From: Macrostomum lignano
Taxonomy: Eukaryota
NCBI GenBank assembly: GCA_002269645.1
Contig: NIVC01000424.1
Location: forward strand, 248,001-312,000
DNA: 64,000 nucleotides
Reading direction: 5' to 3'
Below the pieces are notes generated by a model. That model had not been told where the DNA came from, did no database searches, and saw nothing but the letters and a program-made list of their open reading frames with translations. Numbering within the stretch: position 1 is the first letter of the stretch; each line of letters begins with the position of its first letter. Below are positions 18,770-29,400 of this stretch, in pieces. The position numbers were made by a program, and so were the translations under genes.

Positions 18770-19484
18770 AGCTACAACGCAGCAGCGTGTTGAACCAATT
18801 GAATTAATTGAATGCGCAACCGATTTCACAGTCAGTCAGTATCAGTCTCGGTAAAAGTTAACAAAAAGATTGCGCAAACTAAATCAACCCTCCAATACAC
18901 AGCGACTGACCCCCTTCCAATACGCAGTGGCAATTAAAAGTTGAACCCCCCCTCCCACCAACTTTTGGGGGGTTGGTCGAACCCCCATTGAACTCCAAAA
19001 TGAGTACACTGCCGAAAGTTAAAAGTATGGAAATCGTTTTTTAAATGCTGTGCTTTTTGTTTTCACATTTAAAGCAAACAACTTATATCCCCGAACTCAG
19101 TATTGCAAGATCTTTCCAGTAATATAAGTCTCTCTTCTGAAAGTTTAAAACTCGAGGAACAGTTAGCGCTTGAAATTTCCTGATTTAAAGCATTAAAGTA
19201 TCGAGTGTACGTTCACAGCCTGCTAAAGAGGCTCGCAAGTTTATTCATTAAATTTTACTGCCCAGCAAATACACATGGCTGCCTATTGAATGCCGCGGAT
19301 AATAAAACCAATTAAATCTCGACACAGTCCTAGCTATCTCCTTACACTGTACAACTGCTATGTACACTCAGCCCAAGCCCAACCCCCTCCCATTCCGGGG
19401 GAATCGTTAAATTTAATTGAACCCCCCAACACGCGGGGGGTTATTTGCATTGAACGCGGAACACGCGCACCCACCACCCCTCAA

Positions 19485-19762
19485 TACACAGCGGCCCGCG
19501 GGCGGAGGTTGGGTGGCTATTTTTACAAACTGGCTGCAGCCCCAGGCAGAGTGGCCAAAGAAGGTTATTGAGGGTTAAAAAAACAGTTTTCTGCTTTTCT
19601 AGGGATCTTAAAATGTAAAAATGAAAGATTAAAATTGCTATAAACCCAATCCGGAAAATTTGCAGTTTTCCCATATAAGTTTCAACGCTGACTTGCCAGT
19701 AGTCTAGGAGAAAAATTGCAACACACAAACAAACAACGCACCACTTTTAGTATTAAGAAGAT
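19485..19762 (-). mobile_element. Possible short non-autonomous Helitron-like element
   Basis: One end reads A|TCTTCTTAATACTAAAA on the minus strand (TC start after A) next to CAAACAAACAA; GC palindrome GCCCGCGGGC lies near the other end; the CTRR end is non-canonical. Confidence 0.3.
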
Positions 19763-19780
19763 TATAGTCAGTATGTTGCC

Positions 19781-22700
19781 CACAGATACTATAAACACTA
19801 GATAGGCCACTCAGGCTAATTTTCACAACACGACAGTTTATTCTACTTTCTGCTTAGTAGTGATAAAACATTTTAGCGTTTTTTTATATTTAAAAAATTA
19901 AAAAACCAAGATGAATACAATGCAGCAATTGTATTGATATTAGCAAAAATAAACTTTTAACTATACTTTCTACGACAAAAAGCAGTGTGAATGCTTTAGA
20001 TTGCATTGACGGCCATATTATTGCTGTTAACTATACTTAGCAAATACAAGCTATTATATACTCCATTTTCGTTTATCCAAATAGAATGATTTCTCATCAA
20101 TTAAACAGCTCATCGCAGTTTGTGAAACTTTCGCAGCGTGCTGCTCCTGCTCGCCGCTGCTCGCAGGCTTCTCATCTCGCAGCGGCACCAATGATGCAGT
20201 CGCAGCTGTGCAAACGTGCTGCATACCTGACGCTGCACATGTGCAGCGTGTGAGCTGCACGCCGGCAGTGCAACTGCTGCAGCTGTGAACACAGCAGCCA
20301 ATCGTTTAGCTACCTGCGGCTGCACAATAAAACTGTGCGATTGCGCAACGAAGGCAGCCTCCATCTTGCAGAACTCGCCCAAAGCCGCAGGTGAAGGATG
20401 CGTGAGGCCGATGACTGCGTGGGGCAGACGCTTGTGCTGCATGTGACAGCCAGACGGATCTGACACTGTCAGCTCCGCCCTGCAGTTGCTGCAGTCCAAT
20501 ACGCCACTCTTTTTCAGCACGTAACCAGCTACGTATTCAGTGGCCTCGTTCAGTACTGCATCGTCTTGGACAGTAGCCAGGCCTTCCATCGGTTCGTGCA
20601 GCAGCGGGATGGCTGCTTCGTTTGAATTGCTGCCAGAGGCTTCACTCGGCGGTGTCCAGTCACTTGTTGCAGCAGTGCTGTCGTCTCGTCCTACTGATGC
20701 GCAAGCTGATGCGCCGGAAGCTGAGATCGCAGCTGAGCAGCCGTCATCCTCACAGTTCCTAGCCGATGAATCCGGCTTAGAGAGCCCACCAGCCGCTACT
20801 GATCTCAGGGCGCCAATGAAAGCTGACAGTTCGGGTTTTTCATTGAACCCGTTGCGCCCTCTAAGGATGCTGAAGAGATTCTGAAAAGGGATGGCGTTTC
20901 ACTTTGCTAAAATTGTACTACTCGGTGCACTCTGAAAGTATGATTTACATTTACTGCCTTTCCGAGGAGTAAAATTGCGTTTTTGAAAAAGTGAAACTTC
21001 AAGAAGCTAAATTAGCTAATCATAAAGAATCTCGAAGAACCGAAAAATACGAGCAACACATAATATGCACAGCTGATGCGAAGCTCACCTCAACATGATC
21101 CTGCGAGAACCGTCGCGTGCAGACGTACTCGAAGCCTTCGTTCTGAATTAACTGAGCGGACAAGCAGCGAATCGCAGAAATTGACAACAGCCAGCCCTCC
21201 TTGAAATTCATGGTCGCCTTCGCAGCTCTGCCGGTGTGCGGAAGGAAGCGCCAGCTTTTCACAAAATTCTCCACTTTTCGCAGCTGCTCCATTTGGTCCA
21301 CCAACGACTCACGACGAATCGGCTGCTTTGTGCCTTTGACGAAGGAGTGTGATGAGTTCAGCAGATCGAACGCGTCATTCAATCTCTCAGCGAACTCGGC
21401 GGTCTGCAGGGCGTCAGCCTTCATCACTTGGTGGTGTACGAGTGTCTTGATGCCGCTGGCGACGGAACGGCTAAAAATCTGCGCTGCGAGAGAGACCCGC
21501 ATCTTCTGTCCCAGCTGTAGGTTAAAGTGAGCATCGCTCAAACGAACTGCAAGTCGTAGCGATCGGCTGCAGTCGACCTCGTAGAAGCTGAGTAGGTGAT
21601 GCCATTTCGCGAGCTTCTGGCCGTCAAACTCAATGTCATTTTTCATTAGGGCATTACGGGTGTTCTTCAGGCAATGTGGCACGTCAATCATCACGTACAC
21701 AGGGGCCTGTGTAACCGGATGCTGTAAGAACGGTGCTGCCGCGCTTGCCTGCCTGCTCAGATGAGCCCACTGCGTTGATTCCTGGTCGGCAACTAGAGCA
21801 ACAACCCGAACTCCGGCCTCGTGACTGGCGCGCAAGCACTCGGCGATGGCGGCCTTGAACCCGGACTGTCCGAGAGTGTGGCTCACGGGATATTGGGCGA
21901 TCGGCTGCTTCCAGTCCTGCGCAACACCTCGCAGCACGGCGACTACTGCCTCGTTCACTGGCTTCAGCTGCTGCTCCTGCTGCTGCTGCCTGCTGGTACA
22001 CTCCCTCAGTGCCCCGACTGTCCGGTCGTCGAAGCCGACTACTCTGTCAGCGTTCGAGTCGTACCGCACGCTGGGTGACAAGCTTATGCCGTCGAAGCAC
22101 AGGGTCGCCAGTCGTCTTTGTTCAGGGCCAGCATTCAGCTGGCTGCTTAACAACTGAAGTGTCAAGCGGCACGGCCCAACAGATGGAAAAAACTGGCGAA
22201 TGCGCCTCTTCAAGGATGTATTCGATGGCAGAGCCAATCCCCAGTGGTTTCGTAACAGCCGATAAGCAGCAGGGCTCTTGTGGTGCAGCTGCAATGATCT
22301 GTTGATGACATCCTTCGACCAGCGCACCCCCCGACTGCGAGAGCCCAGTCGACCACGAATGCACGACTGCGCTGCACTTGCCTTGGCCATCGAGAGTTGC
22401 TGTTGCAGCCGTTTGATCATCGCTTGTCGCTTTCGGGATCGCCGCTGCAGTCGCTTTATCGTTGCCTCTCGTGCTTGGAATCGGCTGCAGAGGTGAGAGC
22501 TCTCAGCAGCAACAGCTATTCTCGGTGCAGCATCTGGTAGCCGACTGTTGCTCTGCCACTGCACTGGCAGCAGGCAGGTCGCAGGCTCGGCTGCGGGCAG
22601 ATCGCTAATTGGCTCCAGCACTGGAGGGTACATGTTGTCAGCTTCATCATCAGTTCTTTGCACAGAGGGTAGTTGGTCTATTCGAACGAGCCGAGGCAGC

Positions 22701-23494
22701 ACCAGCTCTCGGTGTGGGATTGCGTCCCAGCGAAGACGGGTGTCTTGTTCGTGGCGCTTTTTAGGGCAGTTGTAGGCCTCGTCCGTAAAGTGCAAGCTGC
22801 ATACACGTAGGCCCCGTGACCATATTGTTTGGAGGTCAATATCCAGCTCCAATAGCTGCTGCCAGCGCTTCGCCACAGTTTCATCTTTCGGAAATCTATG
22901 CATTCGCACCGGATTTCCTTTCTCGGGTGGTGATAGCACAGAGCTCGTGCAAGTGGGAGCACAGCAGTGGTTCGAATCAAATGACATCTCTACGAGATAG
23001 AAAAGCTAGTACTTTCATTAACTCTTGACTCTTTTCCTGTTTATCAATATAAGCTTGTATTTAAACACGATTCGCCAGCCCCAAAATTTCTAACCCCCAA
23101 CCTCTCAAACCCCACCCCTAACCCAGGCTAGCTATGTGCAGTCCTTGGTTTTCTATCCCACCACCAGTGCGCCTAAATTATCGATCCTCTCACCCTGCCT
23201 TATACGAAACCGATATCAACCCCATTTCAGACTACCCCTTCATCCACTTTAAAACTTAAAAGATAAGCGGAATTGTACACTGTCGCGTCTTAATGTACAC
23301 CCTTACTGCCCAAAACAAGTTAGTTGTCTATGACGATCTTATAGCAAACGATGTCTCAAGAACAGTCGCTCGATTTGTCTAACTTAGCAAATAATACTGT
23401 TGCTTCCTTTCATTGCTACTAAGCAGAAAGTAGAATAAAAAACTTGCCCAGAAAATTAGCCTGAGTGGCCTATCTAGTGTTTATAGTATCTGTG
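19781..23494 (-). mobile_element. Full-length P-superfamily DNA transposon (3714 bp)
   Basis: 44-bp perfect TIR CACAGATACTATAAACACTAGATAGGCCACTCAGGCTAATTTTC, plus a further matching 24-bp block, at both ends; 8-bp TSD ATGTTGCC at 19773-19780 and 23495-23502; encodes a THAP transposase. Confidence 0.97.
20110..22987 (-). CDS. THAP-domain P-element transposase, two exons, about 889 aa
   Basis: Exon 1 22987-21089, GT-AG phase-0 intron 21088-20881, exon 2 20880-20110, open throughout. THAP (CCAPTC..HRFP..W..RVCSLHF), RNase H motifs CFDG, VADQES, DVPHCLKNTRN and spliced FSQDHVE|NLFSILRGRNGFNEKP, then NCEDD and C-terminal CxxC/CxxH. Confidence 0.95.
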
Positions 23495-23627
23495 ATGTTG
23501 CCTACTAGTGAGTTAAATATCCAGTAGTCGATAGGATGTCTGGTAAAGTCAGTATATACTGAAAATCTGATAGTCAATAGATTGCATTGTATAGGGTCTC
23601 TAGTAGAGTCAGCTTGTGAGTCTGGTT

Positions 23628-24004
23628 GAGTCAGTGACCTAGTAGAGTCAGTAACCTAGTGGAGTCAGTAACCTAGTGGAGTCAGTGACCTAGTAGAGTC
23701 AGTAACCTAGTGGAGTCAGTAACCTAGTGGAGTCAGTGACCTAGTAGAGTCAGTAACCTAGTGGAGTCAGTGACCTAGTAGAGTCAGTAACCTAGTGGAG
23801 TCAGTAACCTAGTGGAGTCAGTGACCTAGTAGAGTCAGTAACCTAGTGGAGTCAGTGACCTAGTAGAGTCAGTGACCTAGTAGAGTCAGTGACCTAGTGG
23901 AGTCAGTGACCTAGTAGAGTCAGTGACCTAGTGGAGTCAGTGACCTAGTAGAGTCAGTGACCTAGTGGAGTCAGTGACCTAGTAGAGTCAGTGACCTAGT
24001 GAAG
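23628..24004. repeat. 17-bp minisatellite, about 22 copies
   Basis: Unit GAGTCAGT(G/A)ACCTAGT(A/G). Confidence 0.95.
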
Positions 24005-24079
24005 TCAGCAGTTCGTCTAGTAGAGCTATTTGCAGTATCTGAAGTACTATAAAACTCAGAAGTCAGACAATTGCTCACG

Positions 24080-24207
24080 AGGTTATTTGGGCCTCGACAA
24101 CTCAACCGATTTTGAGTCCACGCAGGTCGAACAGCAGTGAGCAGCACGCAGAGCAGACTCAGGATCAGAGTGAACTCAGCTCTCCTAATTGCAATTGAAA
24201 GACTCAT
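24080..24207 (-). CDS. Candidate first coding exon with signal peptide (possibly of receptor paralog 1)
   Basis: ATG at 24207, MSLSIAIRRAEFTLILSLLCVLLTAVRPAWTQNRLSCRGPNNL, then a GTGAGC donor near 24078; linkage to downstream exons not established. Confidence 0.4.
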
Positions 24208-24615
24208 TGCTGATTTACTGGATGAAATTCTCCGCTCAAAAGTGAGCTCCTGGCCTCCATTTACTCAAACCACCTGGACAAACTTATGCACATCGACTAG
24301 CTTTTAGAGTTTTTATTCCACCAACCTCTGATTCGTTATCAGTTTGAGCGAATGCGCTTACTTGCATGCAGCGATAAAAGGTAAGCGCTCACGGTTGGTA
24401 ATTGCACACCGCAATGCCAGTTGTACTCAGTCAGACAAGGCAGCAGAGTGTAGGAATAGAAAAACGTCACATGCTTTCTAGGGATGGTGAGCGAATGATA
24501 CTTTACTTAGGAAATCATTTAAGCGATTAATTATACTGAGAATTGAGAAGTGCATAGATAAAATTCCAATGACATAGATATATTTTAATAAAATTCACTG
24601 TACATGTAGATATGC

Positions 24616-25290
24616 TAGGGGTGAGATTAAATTGTGTAAGACTTGATTTGGAGAGATTCTATTAGGTGAGATTTGATTGGGGTGAGATTCTATTGGGTGA
24701 GATTTGATTAGAGTGAGATTCTATTGCGTAAGACATGATTTGATGAGACTTGATTGGGATGAGATTCGATTGGGGTGAGATTTGATTGGGTGAGATTTGA
24801 TTAGGGTGAGATTCTATTGCGTAAGACATAATTTGATGAGACTTGATTGGGATGAGATTCTATTGTGTAAGACTTGATTTGGTGAGATTCTATTGGGTGA
24901 GTCTTGATTGGGGTGAGATTTAATTGGGTTGAGATTTGATTGGGGTAAGATTTGATTGGGGTGAGATTTGATTGGGGTGAGATTCGTTTGGGGTGAGATT
25001 CGCTTGGAGTGAGATTCAATTTGGGTGAGATTCGCTTTGGGTGAGACTCGCTTGGAGTGAGATTCAATTGGGGTGGGATTCAATTGGGGTGAGATTCGCT
25101 TTGGGTGGGATTCAATTGGGGTGAGATTCGCTTGGGGCGAGATTCGTTTGGGGTGAGATTCGTGTGGGGTGAGAATGAGATTCGCTTGGGGTGGGATTCA
25201 ATTGGGGTGAGTTTCGCTTGGGGTAAGATTTGCTTGGGAAGAGATTCGCTTGGGTGAGATTCGCTTGGGTAGAGATTCGCTAGAGGTAAG
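24616..25290. repeat. Degenerate ~15-bp G-rich minisatellite
   Basis: GGGTGAGATT(T/C)(G/T)ATTG and GGGGTGAGATTCGCTT units. Confidence 0.92.
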
Positions 25291-25819
25291 ATTCGCTGGC
25301 GTGATCAGAAAATCTAAGCTGACCAAGTAGATATCGAGGTGGACCACCCAGTCCACCAGAGGCTCATCAAACACGGGTGATTCGTCACAGCACGTATAAA
25401 GCCAAAGTCAATAAATCTTCTGATAAAAGCCTAGCAAACAGGGACTGTCAGTTTGAGGTCAACAGGCCGTGCGATAAGCGCCTACAAGGATGCTTTAGAA
25501 ATTTATTATTACTGTAACCGACTGATGAAACAGATTTATATTACCCAACAGATATAAGCAACCAAACAGTACAAGAATTATTAATATTTTTATTTTCAGA
25601 TTTGCACTGGGCGACGCAGAAAGTTTTGAAACCTTCCAATCTTCTTAATCTGTAACAATTAAAATGCTGCACGTATTCACTTCAGCTGTCCATTAGGAAA
25701 AGTACAAAGCAGCAGTAAAGGTAAAGTCTGTTTAAAGCGGCAGTCACGTAAGCGTCCTGCAAGAGATAAGCAAATCCAATTTAATAAGGAGAAACGTGAC
25801 GAAAGTCGGGAGACAAGGA

Positions 25820-26370
25820 AAAAGGAAGACAGTGGGGTAGACAAGAGAGACAGTGAGGTAGACAAGTGAGACAGTAAGGGTAGACAAGGGGACAGTAAGG
25901 GTAGAAAAGGGAGACAGTAAGGGTAGACAAGGGAGACAGTAAGGGTAGACAAGGGAGACAGTGGGTAGACAAGGGAGACAATGGGGTAGATAAAAGAGAT
26001 AGTGAGGTAGAGAAGGGATACAGTGGGGTAGACAAGGGAGACAGTGGGGTAGACAAGGGAGACAGTGGGGTAGCTAAGGGAGACAGTGGGGTAGCTAAGG
26101 GAGACAATGGGGTAGATAAAAGAGATAGTGAGGTAGAGAAGGGATACAGTGGGGTAGACAAGGGAGACAGCCGGTAGACAAGGTAGACAGTGGAGTAGAC
26201 AAGGGATACAGTGGGGTAGACAAGGTAGACAGTGGGGTAGACAAGGGAGACAGTGGGGTAGACAAGGGAGACCGTGGGGTAGACAAGGGAGACAGTGGGG
26301 TAGACAAGGGAGACAGTGGGGTAGACAAGGGAGACAGCGGGGTAGACAAGGGAGACAGCGGGGCAGACAA
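25820..26370. repeat. 21-bp minisatellite (same family as 52668-53322, opposite orientation)
   Basis: Unit GGGGTAGACAAGGGAGACAGT. Confidence 0.95.
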
Positions 26371-26423
26371 TGTAAACAGTGGGGTGCCATGGCTACATGG
26401 TATCAGCATCACCCAGCTAAAGG

Positions 26424-29400
26424 CTACGATTTCGCTGACATCAACTCCTGCATCTCTATCGCCTCGGACCCCAATCGATCTCCCAATCTACCACGGCCGA
26501 TCCTCAACAGTCTGAACCGGTTGGCCTCTACCTCGGTCAATCTGACTATCCAGGCTTCGACTTCTTCGCCTAGCAACAGGAAAAAGACTTTATTGTTAGC
26601 GTTAGCAACCAGCCGAGTCGCTAATGAGCTGGTTGGTCGCCTTCGAAAAATGATATTGGCTCTTGGATAATTTTGTTGTAGCTGACGGCGCAGTCCTGGC
26701 AGGTGGTAGAGAAGACTCAGTGAAGCGCATCGCCCCGGAGGCAGCAGAACAAGAATTCGATCGTCTGAGTCGTCTGAGTTTGTTGAGCAGCCTTGAATTG
26801 ATGATTTGGTATGGCTTTTTGATAATTTTGATATTTTCCGTTGTTTCACTAAGATTATAATATACACGAACTTGTTCGCCTACTCATAGTAGAAGAAAGT
26901 CTTCAAAATGATGAAAAGTTTCTCAGATAAAGAAGCACCAAGAAGGGTGGGATGTAGGAAGCTAGAGAGAGAGAGATGTAGGGAGCCATAGAGAGACTTA
27001 AGGAGATTGGAGAGATGTAGGGAGTTAGGAGAGATGATAGGAAGGTATAGAGAGACGAAGGAAGTTAGGGAGAGATGTAGGGAGGTATAGAGCGATGCAG
27101 ATATTCACCTAACAAAGTAGCCAGAGCCAGCAAGGTCACAGACAAGACTGACGCCATTGCAGCGCAAGAAACTACTACTATAACTAGTATGGGGGTAGCA
27201 GCAGTAGTAGAGCCAATTGTAGCCATTCTGTCGCAGTCGCATTCGTCCAGTTTTTCAGCGCTTTGGTCAACAGTAGTTCCCTGATTGATTAAATAATGTT
27301 GCTTGGCTTTCATGCATTGCTCTTTCAGACCTGAAAGTTGTTTAAAAATGCAATTAGGTCGCTCTTCACTAGCTCAAATTAAACCAGACTGGCGCACATT
27401 CAACATGGGCGTCTTCCCGACACCCAAATTGACGTCTTCCCGACATCCGAATTGACGTCTTCCCGACACCCAAATTGACGTCTTCCCGACATCCAAATTG
27501 ACGTCTTTCCGACATCCGAATTGACGTCTTCCCGACACCCAAATTGACGTCTTCCCGACATCCGAATTGACGTCTTTCCGACATCCGAATTGACGTCTTC
27601 CCGAAATTCAAATAATCCAAATTGCCGTCTTCTTTGACACCCAAATTGACGTATTCCCGTCACCAAAATTGACGTCTTCCCGACACTCAAACTGACGTCT
27701 TCCCGACACCAAAATTGACGTCTTTCCGACACTCAAACTGACGTCTTCCCGACACCAAAATTGACGTCTTTCCGACACCAAAATTGACGTCTTCCCGACA
27801 CTCAAACTGACGTCTTCCCGACACCAAAATTGACGTCTTTCCGACACCAAAATTGACGTCTTCCCGACACTCAAACTGACGTCTTCCCGACACCAAAATT
27901 GACGTCTTTCCGACACTCAAACTGACGTCTTCCCGACACCAAAATTGACGTCTTTCCGACACCAAAATTGACGTCTTCCCGACACTCAAACTGACGTCTT
28001 CCCGACACCAAAATTGACGTCTTTCCGACACCAAAATTGACGTCTTCCCGACACTCAAACTGACGTCTTCCCGACACCAAAATTGACGTCTTTCCGACAC
28101 TCAAACTGACGTCTTCCCGACACCAATATTGACGTCTTTCCGACACCAAAATTGACGTCTTCCCGACACTCAAACTGACGTCTTCCCGACACCAAAATTG
28201 ACGTCTTTCCGACACCAAAATTGACGTCTTCCCGACACTCAAACTGACGTCTTCCCGACACCAAAATTGACGTCTTCCCGACACTCAAACTGACGTCTTC
28301 CCGACACCAAAATTGACGTCTTCCCGACACTCAAACTGACGTCTTCCCGACACCAAAATTGACGTCTTCCCGACACTCAAATTGACGTCTTCCCGACACC
28401 AAAATTGACGTCTTCCCGACACTCAAACTGACGTCTTCCCGACACTCAAATTGACGTCTTCCCGACACTCAAACTGACGTCTTCCCGACACCAAAATTGA
28501 CGTCTTCCCGACACTCAAACTGACGTCTTCCCGACACCAAAATTGACGTCTTCCCGACACTCAAACTGACGTCTTCCCGACACTCAAACTGACGTCTTCC
28601 CGACACCAAAATTGACGTCTTCCCGACACTCAAATTGACGTCTTCCCGACACCAAAATTGACGTCTTTCCGACACCAAAACTGACGTCTTCCCGACACCA
28701 AAATTGACGTCTTCCCGACACTCAAACTGACGTCTTCCCGACACTCAAATTGACGTCTTCCCGACACCAAAATTGACGTCTTCCCGACACTCAAACTGAC
28801 GTCTTCCCGACACCAAAATTGACGTCTTTCCGACACCAAAATTGACGTCTTCCCGACACTCAAACTGACGTCTTTCCGACACCAAAATTGACGTCTTCCC
28901 GACACTCAAATTGACGTCTTCCCGACACCAAAATTGACGTCTTCCCGACACTCAAATTGACGTCTTCCCGACACTCAAATTGACGTCTTCCCGACACCAA
29001 AATTGACATGCTCCTGTCACAAAGATTGGTGCAAAATCCCACCTGTTAGATGTAGAACTCGGGGGTCTGCCTGAATCATATGTATGCTTATCTGCAAGCG
29101 ATTACAAATTCGTTTTAAGAAAACTGTTCTTAGGAAGCTTAAATATCAGGATTAGCTCATTTTACCTTGGGATAGTTGTCTTCGTTAGTCACGAGCTCTT
29201 GAAACATCTCGTGCCACTCGTCCGGTGTGAGAATGCTCAGCATGTCCAGCTTGCACCAGACTGCCTCGCAGCTAGCCTGCGAATATTGGGCGTTGTGCTG
29301 CTGAGTGCTGAGCACATGCAAGCGCGCCAATACTGTACGCAGACACGCACTCATGGGGGTCGCGACTCGAGAGTCAGACGCGTCTGCCACTTACCGCTTA

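Noticed and set aside
20540-22775. Overlapping plus-strand and alternate-frame ORFs in the transposase
   Set aside because: Shadow ORFs of a GC-rich coding region.
23090-23125. Telomere-like C-rich patch inside the P element 5' region
   Set aside because: Only one true CCCTAA; too degenerate to count with the other patches.
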